A DNA stretch of 64,000 nucleotides. Origin: Azolla caroliniana (lineage: Eukaryota > Plantae > Polypodiophyta). The translations under genes and the position numbers were made by a program. The stretch lies in the NCBI GenBank assembly GCA_043228905.1, contig JBHGNT010000005.1:18972001-19036000 (forward strand), in the 5' to 3' direction. Positions 38,836 to 51,543 of the stretch are shown piece by piece (within the stretch, counting starts at the first letter, position 1; each line of letters starts with the position of its first letter). The notes below the pieces were generated by a model. That model was not told where the DNA came from. It saw nothing but the letters and a program-made list of their open reading frames with translations, and did not search any database.

Positions 38836-39728
38836 CAAGGTTGTTAGGTACGTTAGATACAATACGGATACCATACGTATATAACGTATTAATATGCATA
38901 TAGTACCTCCCAATTTAAAAATACGTTAAATATGTTTTTTAATATGTTAAATACTTATAAAATACATATTTCATGTATAGTACTTTAAATACTTCTAGAA
39001 TTTGAAAATTATTTACCTTTCTAAAAAATATTTGTAATATTGTAAAAAGCATCTATGTTTACACAATTTTGTGATGTACATTATAGTTTTCATCCTAAAA
39101 TGTATATAAGACATTTGAACATTTCACATCCTAAAATACTTATAATATGGATGTCAACATTTACTTATTCTGTAAATCAGTGTAAGTGTGTATCATGGAA
39201 ATGCTTCATTGTGTATTGAGAGGGGGCTCTCTTTCATGAGAACCTTTTGACACAAGGGTGGTTGTCCCCCAAAATTATTAAGGTGAGGAGGAGAATTATC
39301 TTCCATGGAGATGATCAATCGTGTCCTAAACATAGATTGAGGAATCGTCTACGATTATCACACTCAGGATAGGTTTCTATCTTCTTTTCTCTCTTCTTCA
39401 TCATCTTCTTCTTCTATCTTCTGTGATTATCACACTCAGAGTCAAGACAGGTTTCAGGCCTTTTCTCTCTTTTTTTCCTTCTTCGTCATCATCTCTTCTG
39501 TTCTTCTTTTTCAGTAAAATCTTTTCTTTTCTTTTCTTTTTTGTTGGGGTTTTACTTACATTTTTTTATAAATACGTATTATACCTGTTTTTTCAAATGT
39601 ACGTTAAATACTGTATTGGACAAATGTACATGATATTTTTGAACAACATATAGGTATAGTACGTACTATACAAATTATGAGGTACTACACGTATTTAAAC
39701 GTTAAATACGAGTATGTAAACAACCATG
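38836..39728. mobile_element. Non-autonomous hAT-type DNA transposon (893 bp)
   Basis: TIR CAAGGTTGTT / AACAACCATG (9/10), 8-bp TSD TTCGGGAG / CTCGGGAG, subterminal TACG(T) repeats, no ORF. Confidence 0.85.
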
Positions 39729-40756
39729 CTCGGGAGCATCCAATCATATGACGTCCCACGAAGATTGGGTCCGAGAATTACGAAAGCCCGATCGACCCGG
39801 CTATGTCGAAACCGGAGATGACACAACTCACTCGATTTAGCATGTCGGAAATGTCCCATTTGGGAACGATGGCAACCAAACCTACCTCAAGAACGTCTTG
39901 CATGTTCCAACCATCACGAAAAACCTGGTCTCGGTAGGCCAAATTGTCGAACAAGGCATGCAAGTACAATTCAATAACGAATGGTGCTTTATTGAAAAAG
40001 AAGGCCAACTCATAGCACATGGTCGTCGAGAAGGTCGAATTTTCATCCTCAAGTCGAGTGAAGTGAAGTTTGCCATGTTCGCAAACGGCATCAAAGTCGA
40101 AACCGACTTGAAACTGTGGCATAAGAGAATCAGCCACATTAATCCCCAAAAGCTTAAAAGGATGTAGTCGAAACCTGGAGTCATAATCGGACTTCCGACA
40201 TTTACCAAGGAGATTACAAGTGTGTGTGAAGCCTGCCAATTTGGCAAACAACACCGACAACCATTCCCAAAAGAAGGGAATGTGAGCAAAGGGATCTTGG
40301 AGGTCATACATTCAAATGTATGGGGACCGACACAAACAACCACATTCGGCGGATGCCGATATTATGTCTCGTTCATCGACGACTTCTCGAGGCATGTCTG
40401 GATCTATCCAATGTGGCAAAAAAGTGAAGTGTTCGGACATTTCCAAAGGTTTAAAAACGAAGTCGAAAAATCCACAAGTCGGCATGTTCGATGCCTTCGA
40501 TTGGAAGGAGGCAAAGAGTATTTCTCGGACGAATTTACGACGTATCTCCGAAAGGAAGGAATTCGATGAGAAATCTCATGCCGATACACACCTCATCAAA
40601 ACGGAGTAGCCAAACAAAAAAATCAGCAAATAGTAGAGGTGGCAAGGGCCATGATGAACGAGAAGAACCTGCCGAAATCGTACTGGGTAGAAGCGGCTAA
40701 CACAGCCGTCTATCTCATGAACATATGTACAACCTCTGGGGTACACGACGTATCTT

Positions 40757-43700
40757 TGTTAAACACAGTGCTCGGCCACAACCGAGGAATAGGATCAACT
40801 CACAGAAAACAGGAAATACAAAAAAATGCACGAAGACAATAGAGAGAGGAGTACACAGGATGTTTTACGTGGAAAACCCTAAATGGGAAAAACCACGGGA
40901 GTCCTCAAACTCCAACTATCACTATAAACAGAGATGTACAATGGTGAAGCTACAAGGCAACAACCTTGAGCTCACTGTCTTCGCCACAGGCGGCGGTAAT
41001 ACACAGAGGCAACGACCTCTTCGTCTCTCTCTCTCTCTCTCGGCTGCTCACTTAGCTCCCTCTAAGTGGAAAACCAGAAAAAATGAGTAACAACACTAAA
41101 CTGTTTGCCCTAAGTCATATTTATACACATATGACTTTCGGGCTATTTACAAATATAGCCTCAAGGGCCCTTGGCAAACATATTCACAAATATGTCCCCG
41201 CATCTGGATCTCTCTCCGGGTACATTCGTCATCCGGCTCCGTAGTCGGGGTCTTCATCATCCGGATCCGTAGCCGGGTACTCTTCATCCGACTTCATGCC
41301 AGGTACTCTTCATCCTCCGGTTCCGTAACCGCAACCGGGCTTGCCGTCATTCATCTCCGGACATCCCATCCGGAGGGACCAAAATCCCAACAAACTCCCC
41401 CTTCACTTCGGCATGGGATGTCTCTCCAATCCGATCCTCTTCCGGCATGCTTCCAGCTTGTCGGGTGTGAGCACCTTGGTCAGCATATCCGACCCGTTCT
41501 CGTCCGTGTGGATCTTCGTCAGCACGAACTCCTTGTCTTCTATCCTTTCCCGGATCCAGTGGTATCTACGCTGGATGTGTTTCGTCCGGGAATGGTAGGC
41601 CGCGTTCTTCGCAAGGTGGATGGCACTCTGACTATCGCAGTAGAGCCGGTACTCCTCCTGCCGGATACCGAGCTCTCTAATGAAGTCCTTCATCCATATT
41701 ATTTCCTTGCCGGCTTCAACAGCCGCCATGTACTCCGCCTCCGTGGTTGACAACGCAACCGTCTTCTGCAACCTCGACTGCCACGAAACGGCTCCCCCTG
41801 CATACGTCATCACATACCCTGATGTGGATCGGCTTGTATCTGCATCAGCCGACATATCCGAATCGGTAAAGCCGTCGAGTTCGGGCTTACCGGAGCCGAA
41901 TCGGAGGCACACGTTTGCCGTGCCCTTCAGGTATCGGAGTATCCACTTGGCCGCGTTCCAGTGTTCTTTGCCGGGATTGCTCATGTACCGGCTCACCACT
42001 CCGACTGCATATCCTATGTCCGGTCTTGTACACACCATTGCGTACATCAAGCTTCCGACGGCAGAGGCATATGGTACTTTCATCATGTCCTCCTTCTCAG
42101 CCTTTGTCTTGGGGCTTTGCTTGCTGGACAACTTGCAGTTTGCCGGGAGGGTTGTCCCGACCGGTCTTGCTTCCGACATGTTGAACCGGTGAAGCACCTT
42201 TGTCACGTACTTCTCCTGTGACAGCCACAACTGCTTCTTCTTCCGGTCCCGGATGATGTGCATCCCTAGTATTTGCCTCGCCGGACCCAGGTCCTTCATT
42301 GAGAAGGTTCGGTGAAGCGCTTTCTTCAGCATCCGTATCTTGACCTAGTCCCGTCCAACGATCAACATGTCGTCCACGTACAGGAGGAGTATTAGAAAGT
42401 CTCCTCCTTCGAACTTCTTCACAAACACGCAGTGATCGGACTGCGTTTTGTGGTACCCTTCGTCGGTCATGAAGGAGTCGAACTTCCGGTACCACTGCCG
42501 GGGAGCCTGCTTCAGTCCGTAAAGGCTCTTCTTCAACCGGCATACCAGGTGCTCCTTCCCTTTCTTCTCGAATCCTTCCGGTTGCTACATGTAGATCTCT
42601 TCTTCGAGATCACCGTGAAGGAATGCCGTCTTCACGTCCATCTGTTCTACCTCGAGGTCCATGCTTGCCGCTATGCTCAACACCGTCCGGATGGAGGTCA
42701 TCTTCACTACCGGAGCAAATATCTCGTCGAAGTCGACGCCCTTCTTCTGCTGGAACCCCTTCACCACGATCCTGGCTTTGTATCTCGGGGGGTTTCCGGC
42801 ATCTCCCGGTTTCAGCTTGAACACCCACTTGTTTCGAAGTGCCCGCTTCCCTTTCGACAGCTCCACAAGTTCATATGTGTGGTTCTCATGTAGGGAATCC
42901 ATCTCCTCCTGCATGGCACTTAACCACCTGCGGCTATGGGTGTCAAGCTTTGCTTCTTCAAAACTCTCCGGCTCCCCCTCGTCGGTTAGCAGCACGTGCT
43001 CTGGTTCCGGAAATCTCCGGGGGGCCCTTCTCTCTCTTAGAGGATATCTCCGTTCCAGAGCTTCGGTAACCGGCTCCTCCGTTTCCTCTTCATCCGAATC
43101 CATTTCGGGATCGGGGCCGGTTCCGGTATCAGTTTCATCTTCCTCGGCCGGTTCTGTTTCTTCACCGTCTTCGGCCGGATCCTCGAGTGCTAACCGGTCC
43201 TTTGCCGGTCGGGACTGCTCCTCGTAGAGTTGATTCTCACCGGTCGACTTGGAGCTCTTCATCTTCTTCTCCGACTCCCAGTCGGCGAGTGTCTTGTCCT
43301 CCATGAAGATGATATCTCGACTCCTGAATATCTTCTTGTCGACCGGGTCCCATAATCGGTAGCCGAACTCGTCGTCGCCGTAACCGAGGAATATGCATGG
43401 TCGGGTCTTTGGATCTAACTTTCCTCTCCGGTCCTTTGCCACATGCACGTATGCGAGACACCCGAACACCTTCAGATGCCGGTAGGACGCTTCCTTACCG
43501 GTCCACACTCTCTGTGGCGTGTCTCCATCCAGGGGTACTGAGGGTGATCTATTTATCACATATGTCGCCGTCGACATTGCCTCAGCCCAAAATCCCTTGG
43601 GTAATTTCGCATGTGCAAGCATACTCCGGACCCTCTCCATTATGGTCCAGTTCATCCTCTCGGCCAGCCCGTTCAGTTCCGGCGTCTTCAGCACAGTAAA

Positions 43701-46145
43701 CTCGAGTCGGATTCCCATCGAACGGCAATACTCCTCAAATTGCCCTCGGTATTCTCCTCCGTTATCCGCTCGTAGTGCTTTCAGCTTTTTGCCGGATTCT
43801 CTTTCTACTCTCGCGTGGAGTTCTTTGAAGACGGACAATACTTGGTCCTTTGTCTTCAACGGTGCCGTCCACAGCTTCCGGCTGTGGTCATCAATGACTG
43901 TCACGAAGTACTAGGCTCCGCCATGTGACTTCGTTTCTACTTGACACACGTCAGTGTGCACCAACTCCAATGGTGCGCTACGTCTCGTCAGTGGCCTTGA
44001 GTGGAAGGAGGTTCGGTTCTGCTTACCGGCCAGACAGTCGGTACACTTCCCCAGGTGTACGTGCTTTACCGGTATCAGGTTGTCTTCGGCAAGGCTCTTC
44101 ATCCCCTTCTCGCTCATGTGGCATAGTCTCTTGTGCCACAGCTCACCGGCAGTGTCAGCTGCCACGTTCAGCTCCTCCGGACATAGCCGGGAATTCATCA
44201 GGTACAGTGTGTTGACCTTCCGGGCCCGAGCCACTATCAGGCTCCCTTTGCTAAACTTCATGACACCGTTCCGGATGCTACCCGTGTAGCCTTCATCGTC
44301 TAGCCTCCCGGCCGAAATCAGGTTCAATCGAACCTCCGGAACGTGTCGGACATCCTTCAGCAGCATCTTGCATCCGGTTGATGTCATCAGCCACACGTCT
44401 CCTATGCCGGCAATCCGGCATGTACCTTCATTTCCCATCCGGACACAGCCGTGCTCACCGGCTGTGTAGGATGAGAAGTATTTCTTCTCCGGGGTCAGGT
44501 GGAACGACGCTCCGGAATCGACCACCCAGGTCATCTCTTCACCGGCAAGGTTCAGCTCCCTCTCTTCGGTAATGAGCATTATCTCTTCTTCACTTGCCGC
44601 GAGTTCCGTCGTTCCTTTCCGGTCCTGCCCTCGCCGATCCGGACCTCTCCGGTCCGTGGCTCCCCGGTATGCACCGTTTCGCTCCGGTGACTTCTTCGAA
44701 TCGGTACCGTCGGTTCCGTTGTCTTTCCGGAAATGCCGACAGTTCTTCTGGAAGTGCCCCGGCTTCCCACAGTAGAAGCATGTAGGTCTTCCCCTCGACT
44801 GCGACCGTGTCCCCGACTTCTCCCGTCTTTGCGGACTCCGGTTCCGTTGTCTTCCCCGTTCCGATTCGGTAAGCAGCGCCTTCGAGTCGGAGGCCGGTTC
44901 TTTATCTCTCCGACGCGTTTCTTCATTTAGAATACTTGTCTTTACCGTTAGTAAAGACAAGTTCTCTTCCTTACAGGAGGTGCTGAGAGTAACTACCAAG
45001 TTCTCCCAGCTCTCCGGAAGGGTACACATCAGCATGATGGCTTGCATTGCGTCATCCAACGGGAACTTGATCGCCGCAAGCTGGTTCACGAATCCCATGA
45101 ACGTGCTGACGTGTTCGACCATGCTCTCGCCGTCCCGGTACTTAAGATTCACTATCTTCCTCATCAGGGAGGTCCGGGTCAGAGCATTCTTCCTCTCATA
45201 CAGTCCGGACAGCTTCTGCCACATCTCATAGGCGTTCGTATCGTTTGCCACATGTTGCAGAACACTTACATCGACATATTGCCGGATCGTCGCTACGGCT
45301 TTCCGATTCAGGAGCTTCCACTCTGACTCTATTACCCCCTTGGGTATCTCGGCATTGTCGATCGGTTCGTACAGGTCTCGGACGATGAGAAGGTCTTCCA
45401 TCTTTATCTTCCAGTCGGCGTAGTTCTGTGAGTTCAACACCATCATGCCCGGAGGCCCACTACCGCCGCCTTCCATTTTCTGTGTTACCGTTGCTCTGAT
45501 ACCACTTTGTTAAACACAGTGCTCGGCCACAACCGAGGAATAGGATCAACTCACAGAAAACAGGAAATACAAAAAAATGCACGAAGACAATAGAGAGAGG
45601 AGTACACAGGATGTTTTACGTGGAAAACCCTAAATGGGAAAAACCACGGGAGTCCTCAAACTCCAACTATCACTATAAACAGAGATGTACAATGGTGAAG
45701 CTACAAGGCAACAACCTTGAGCTCACTGTCTTCGCCACAAGCGGCGGTAATACACAGAGGCAACGACCTCTTCGTCTCTCTCTCTCTCTCTCTCGGCTGC
45801 TCACTTAGCTCCCTCTAAGTGGAAAACCAGAAAAAATGAGTAACAACACTAAACTGTTTGCCCTAAGTCATATTTATACACATATGACTTTCGGGCTATT
45901 TACAAATATAGCCTCAAGGGCCCTTGGCAAACATATTCACAAATATGTCCCCGCATCTGGATCTCTCTCCGGGTACATTCGTCATCCGGCTCCGTAGCCG
46001 GGGTCTTCATCATCCGGATCCGTAGCCGGGTACTCTTCATCCGACTTCATGCCAGGTACTCTTCATCCTCCGGTTCCGTAACCGCAACCGGGCTTGCCGT
46101 CATTCATCTCCGGACATCCCATCCGGAGGGACCGAAATCCCAACA
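40757..46145 (-). mobile_element. Young full-length Ty1/copia (Tork/Tnt1-like); LTRs 40757-41392 and 45508-46145
   Basis: LTRs differ by about 3 substitutions plus one CT unit. iMet PBS at 45493-45504, PPT at 41393-41404, TSD GACGT/GACAT. Confidence 0.96.
41403..45476 (-). pseudogene. Copia gag-pol (1357 codons), single frame with three in-frame TAG stops
   Basis: ORFs 45476-43911, 43904-42585, 42536-42345 and 42332-41403 share one frame. Motifs CFYCGKPGHFQKNC, WVVDSGASFH, TPELNGLAER, LYVDDML, YHSRTKHI. Confidence 0.92.
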
Positions 46146-47490
46146 GACATAACCCCTCATGAGAAGTTCTTCGGAAAGAAGCCGGATCTATCACATATCT
46201 GGATATTCGGCTCGATCGCGTACGTGCATATTCCTGACGAGAAGCGACAAAAGCTCGACCCAAAGTCGGAGAAATGTATCCTCGTAGGGTACTCATTCGA
46301 ACAAAAGGGGTACAAATGTTACAATCCTTCTACCCGAAAGGTTCGAGTAAGTCGAGACGTCATTTTTTATGAGTCGGCATCCTAGTACGACCCAAAGACA
46401 ACTCCAGTCGACCTGGAATCGGTCGAACGAGAGATAGAAGATGAATTTTGACTCAGACACATGTTCGAAGAAAGTCCAATTACGACAAGGCTTAGTGGAC
46501 CACAAGAGCCCCCGAGTAACCAAAGCACATCTCAGCCTAGTCCGAAACATGACAAAGGGAAGGCCAAGATGTCAGAATATGAAGATCCAATCGCCAACGA
46601 GTCAACTCACTCCCTTGACAGTGAATTCGAAGGCATCGATATCCCAATCATCCGGACGAATGGATCAAAGAAATCCTTAGCCTCTGCAAACGAGAAGCTC
46701 CATCATTCCACCTGAGAGAAAAACCCGGTCAGACGATTCGGCTACGATGAGTATATGGCATACCATTATGCCTTTATAATGAAGGTCACGATTGTCCGAG
46801 AACTAGAAACCTTTTCCAAGGCAACCAAGGATCCACGATGGATCGAAGCAATGAATGAGAAAATGCAGGCATTAAGCAAAAACGAGACACAAGATCTTGT
46901 CCCCCATTCTACACACAAGAAAGCAATCGGTTGTAGATGGATCTATAAGGTAAAATAGCTACAAGGCACGACTCATACCTAAGGGATACACTCAAACACA
47001 CGGAGTCGATTAAGAGGTGACCTTTGCCCCGGTGTCAAAGATGACGATTGTTCGGACAGTCATTGCTCTCGCGGCTCCAAAAGGGCAGCACCTCCATCAG
47101 ATGGATGTAAAGAACGCCTTTCTCCGAGGCGAATTAGGAGAATGATTCAACCCCCCGGTTTCGAATCGTGTATCCTCCCGAAAGCAGTTTGCCAATTCAG
47201 TAAGCCTTTATACGGCCTCAAGCAAGCACCGTGTGCTTGGCATTCGAAGATCAAACAGTATCTTCACCAAATCGACTTCCGAATGTCGAAATCAGACAAC
47301 TCCCTACATATCCGAAATGAGTTCGACAACCCAATTGTCATCATCCTATATGTGGATGATCTGGTGATCGGAGGAAAGGATCTCGCCGACATTAACAAGG
47401 TCAAAATGCTCCTATCCGGCAGATTCGAAATGAAAGACATGAAGGAGCTCCATTACTTCCTTGGTATCGAAGTAATTGAGACACCAGTCG

Positions 47491-49895
47491 GGATTAGGAA
47501 GTGTCCTCTCGCAGACTGGAGATGATGGACAGCTACACCTTGTCGCCTTTCATTCACGAAAGTTTGAAGCTGTAGAGATCAACTACGAGATCCATGACAA
47601 AGAGCTTCTTGCAATTGTGGATTCATTTCAACAATGGCGACATTTTCTAGAAGGTTCTTCTCAGCAGATCATTGTCTACAATGATCATAAGAACCTGACT
47701 TATTTCCAAAATGCTCGAGTCTTGAATCGGCGACAAGCTTGGTGGGCGCAATTTTTGACTCACTTCGACTTTATCATCATATATCGCCCTGGGATGCAGC
47801 AAGGCAAAGCAGATGCTCTTTCTTGGCGCTCTTATATGGAACTTCGTCCAGGGGAACCTGCATTTGAGCATCAAAAACAAATCCTTTTGGGTCCTAATCG
47901 ATTACGATTAATGGTAGTTCATGCCATAACAACTCTTGAAAATTCCACTCTTCTTGACTCCATTCGAGATCATATGGCCACTGATGATTTCACCAAGCAT
48001 GTTTTGGATCATATCGTCCCGGATCGTGCTTCTTGCTCACGGTCGAAAAATCCTCGTAATGACTATCGTTAGTTCTATTGGCATGGTCGTTTTCTGTTTC
48101 GACAAAATCTATTGTATGTTCCTGATGGTCCCCCATGACTATCAGTTTTACAACATTGCCATAACTCACCAATGGCGGGTCATTTTGGAGTTCGCAAGAC
48201 TCTAGAATTAATTTCTCGACGTTATTGGTGGCCTCGCCTTTGTCATTTTGTTGAGGAGTATGTTCGGAGCTGTGATATATGTTGTCAATCAAAGAGTCCT
48301 CGTCACTGATCCTATGGCTTACTACAACCACTTCCCATTCCGAAAACTCCTTGGAAGTCTATATCCTTGGACTTCATTATTGATCTCCCAGTTTCAAAAG
48401 GTTTTGATGCAATTCTCACAATGGTTGATCGATTAACCAAAATGCACATTTCTTGCCATGTACAAAGTCGATTACTAGTCAAAAGGCGGTTGATCTCGTT
48501 ATGCGAGAGGTATTTAAGCATCATGGTCTACCGGAGGATATTATTAGTGATCATGGTCCACAATTCATCTCAAAGTTTTGGAAGCACATGTTCAAACTTC
48601 TCCACATTTCAGTTAAGCTTTCTTCGGGCTATCATCCCGAAACAAATGGCCAAACTGAGCGTACCAACCAGACGTTGGAACAATATCTTCGTTGTTTCAT
48701 CAACTATCAACAAGATGATTGGGTTGATTTTTTGCACTTGGCGGAATTCACTTACAACAACTCAACCCATTCTTCTACAAGATATTCCCCATTTTTCAAA
48801 AATACGGGTTGTCATCCTTGGTGGACGATGAATGCGCATCCAGATGTTCCTACCAACCCTACTGCCGAGGATCATCTTAGTCACCTCCAAGAAATTCATG
48901 CTACCATTCTCCACAATTTGCACAATGCTCAAGTTACACACAAGAGGCTTGCCAATCGTCATCGTCTAGACTCCTCAAAAAAGTTCCGCGTTGGGGATCA
49001 TGTATGGCTTCTCCAACACAACATCAAGACCACTCGACCTTGCAGTAAATTGGATTACCAACGTTTTGGCTCTTACATGATCACTGGTAAGATAAGTGAT
49101 GTTACATTTCGTCTTGACCTCCCTCCGCACATGCATCTTCATCCGGTGTTTCATGTATCCCTTTTGGAACCTTATACTACAAGTTCAATTCCGGGCCATC
49201 TTACAACACCCCCACCACCTGTCGAGTTCTTGGACGGACCCGAATTTGAAGTTGTTGTCATTCTCGATTCTAAAATCGTGCGCAACAAGTTGTATTACTT
49301 AGTCGATTGGCTAGTCTATACCCCCGATGATCGAACTTGGGAACCTGCAGCAAATCTGTCCAATGTTGCGGAACTCGTCACTGCATTTCATCGCCAATAT
49401 CCTTGTAAGCTAGGTCCTAATACAAACCCTACGACCCGTGAGACGTGTCGTCGAAAAAGGGGGATAGTGTCATGATAACACTCACATCATGCATTGAAAG
49501 GATCATGACACTCACATCATGACTTGAAAGGATTTGAACCCACGACCTTGTTGTACACATGTCAAATCCTTAACCATTGTATTAATATTCTTATATGTAT
49601 AGTTTTTAGAATATGAAATCTAATATCTTAGGAATATTCTATATTACTCTACATTCTAGAATGACCTAGAATATTCTAGAGTGTTCTATACCACTAGAAC
49701 CTTCTAGAATACTTTAGAGATCTTCTAGATTACTCTACATTATAGGATAACCTAGAATATTCTAGAGTGTTCTCTATTACTTATAAATAGGGATCTACCA
49801 CTTATCCCAAACCTAAATTGGTTCAACGCCATTTTGTAGCCTACTCTTTGTAATCCATTTTACTCTTCAATATAATAATTCTCTTTCAATTATCT

Positions 49896-49934
<39 letters not shown>

Positions 49935-49938
49935 GACA
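47491..49938 (+). mobile_element. Chromovirus (Tcn1-like Ty3/gypsy) 3' half: RNase H, integrase, chromodomain, PPT, 3' LTR 49468-49938
   Basis: VAFHSRKF...NYEIHDKELLAI...WRHFLEG; [14 protein letters not shown]; HPVFHVSLL; chromodomain ILDSKIVRNKLYYLVDW...RTWEP; PPT AAAAAGGGGGA. Confidence 0.92.
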
Positions 49939-49984
49939 GCCAATATCATTCGTGTTTTTTTTTATTCTTTCTTTCTTTGTTCTC

Positions 49985-50720
49985 GTCCCCTTGTACGTGC
50001 GGTCGTCTTGTGATGAGGGGTGCCCAAGCACCTCTCCTCCTCGTAAAGGCATACGAGCATTTGTGCGGGTGTTTGTGTCTTCCTTGTACGTTCGATCATC
50101 TTGTGACGAGGGAGTGTTTCGAGCGTGCCCATGTACCTCTCCTCCTCATAAAGGCGTACGAGCATTTGTGCATGTGTTTGTGTCTTCCTTGTACGTTCGG
50201 TCGTCTTGTGACGAGGGAGCGTTTCGGGCGTGCCCATGCACCTGTCCTCCTCATAAAGACGTACGAGCATTTGTGCGTGTGTTTTGTGTCTTCCTTGTAC
50301 GTTCACTTGTCTTGTGACGAGGGAGCGTTTCAGGCGTGCCCATGCACCTCTCCTCCTCATAAAGACGTACGAGCATTTGTGTGTGTGTTTGTGTCTTCCT
50401 TGTACGTTCGATCATCTTGTGACGAGGGAGTATTCGGGCTTGCCCATGCACGTCTCCTCCTCATAAAGGCGTACGAGCATTTGTGCGTGTGTTTTGTGTC
50501 TTCCTTGTACGTTTGACGTCTTGTGATGAGGGAGTGTTCGGGCGTGCCCATGCACCTCTCCTCCTCATAAAGACATACGAGCATTCGTGTTTATAGTCTC
50601 GTCCCTTTCCTTGTACGTTCAGCGTCTTGTGACGAGGGAGCGTTTGGGCGTGCCCATGCACGTCTCCTCATCATAAAGACGTACAAGCATTCGTGTTTGT
50701 GTTATCGTCTCCTTGTGCAT
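49985..50720. repeat. ~105-bp tandem repeat, about 7 copies
   Basis: Anchor TCCTTGTACG recurs at 50081, 50186, 50292, 50397, 50502 and 50608. Confidence 0.93.
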
Positions 50721-51007
50721 TCATTTTGCGTGCTCATCTTTGCTTGTACCAATTTGATCACTTGGCTCTGCGGTGATCTCGAAAACTCGACAAGTCGTGA
50801 TCAACGAAAGCCATTGGCCCCACAAAAGGGGCAACGAGCCCTTGCTCAGGAAGGGGTCGGGAAGTAGTATTGTCGTAAAGCAAACCTCGGGTCTTCTCTA
50901 CCCCTTCGTACTCCCTAGTCCAAGACCCCCGTGGTCCCACCCAAGTAACAGACACGCGCGAAACTTCGCGACAACGGATGAAGTTGTCAAGACATTCCAT
51001 GTTGGAG

Positions 51008-51245
51008 TGAAGGGGGAGTTTGTTGGGAAAACTGGTGCCTCCCGATGGGATTGGACGAGCCGGATCATATGGATCTAGAAGGTATCTAGAGTGGATCTGG
51101 TATGAACCAGAAGTAGGAACATATTAGTAAATATGTTCGGACATGACTGATGAGGTTATATCTGTAAATAGCCCTTAAGTTATATAAGTATAAATATAAC
51201 TAGGGCAATAATAGTTTTGGGTGTAAGAGGTAGTTATTTTTGTAG

Positions 51246-51285
<40 letters not shown>

Positions 51286-51543
51286 CATAAAGCTTTTCCG
51301 TTGTAACCGCCAGTTGGCGAAGACAAAGCTCGAGGTCATTGCCTCCGAGTCTCGCATTGTAGTACCTCTCCCCTATAGTGATCCTGTTCCGAGTCAGTGA
51401 ACTCCTGTGGTTTTGCCTCATGAGATTTTCCACGTAAATATCCGGTGTCATCTCGTTGTCTGTGTAAGTGCATTGTTCCTACTTTTCTATTAATCTTCCA
51501 TTAGTGTCTGAAACTCGGTTGTGGCCGAATGCGATTCTCTACA
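51008..51543 (+). mobile_element. PPT plus 3' LTR (51021-51543) of a Tork-like copia family member
   Basis: GAAGGGGGAGTT followed by TGTTGGG...CTCGGTTGTGGCCGAATG...ACA; shares motifs with LTR 40757-41392. Confidence 0.8.

Larger units (their letters stand above)
31627..47490 (+). mobile_element. Ty1/copia host element: 5' LTR 31627-31941, PBS 31942, gag-pol pieces 37824-38835, 39737-40751, 46146-47490; 3' end deleted
   Basis: PBS TGGTATCAGAG. Reading frames rejoin across three insertions (WFFDSG|ASNHMT; GVHD|ITPHEKFFGKKPDL). RT motifs LYGLKQAP and LYVDDL. Confidence 0.88.

Noticed and set aside
41403-45476. Programmed stop read-through or U-to-C editing of the three TAG codons
   Set aside because: The stops lie inside IN and RT rather than at a gag/pol boundary, U-to-C editing is organellar, and C>T decay is a simpler explanation.
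49530-49585. Functional tRNA gene
   Set aside because: No acceptor stem and a poor anticodon stem; kept only as a tRNA-like promoter finding.
49952-50661. Overlapping ORFs of 60-179 aa on both strands
   Set aside because: Artefacts of a ~105-bp tandem repeat; no recognisable domain.
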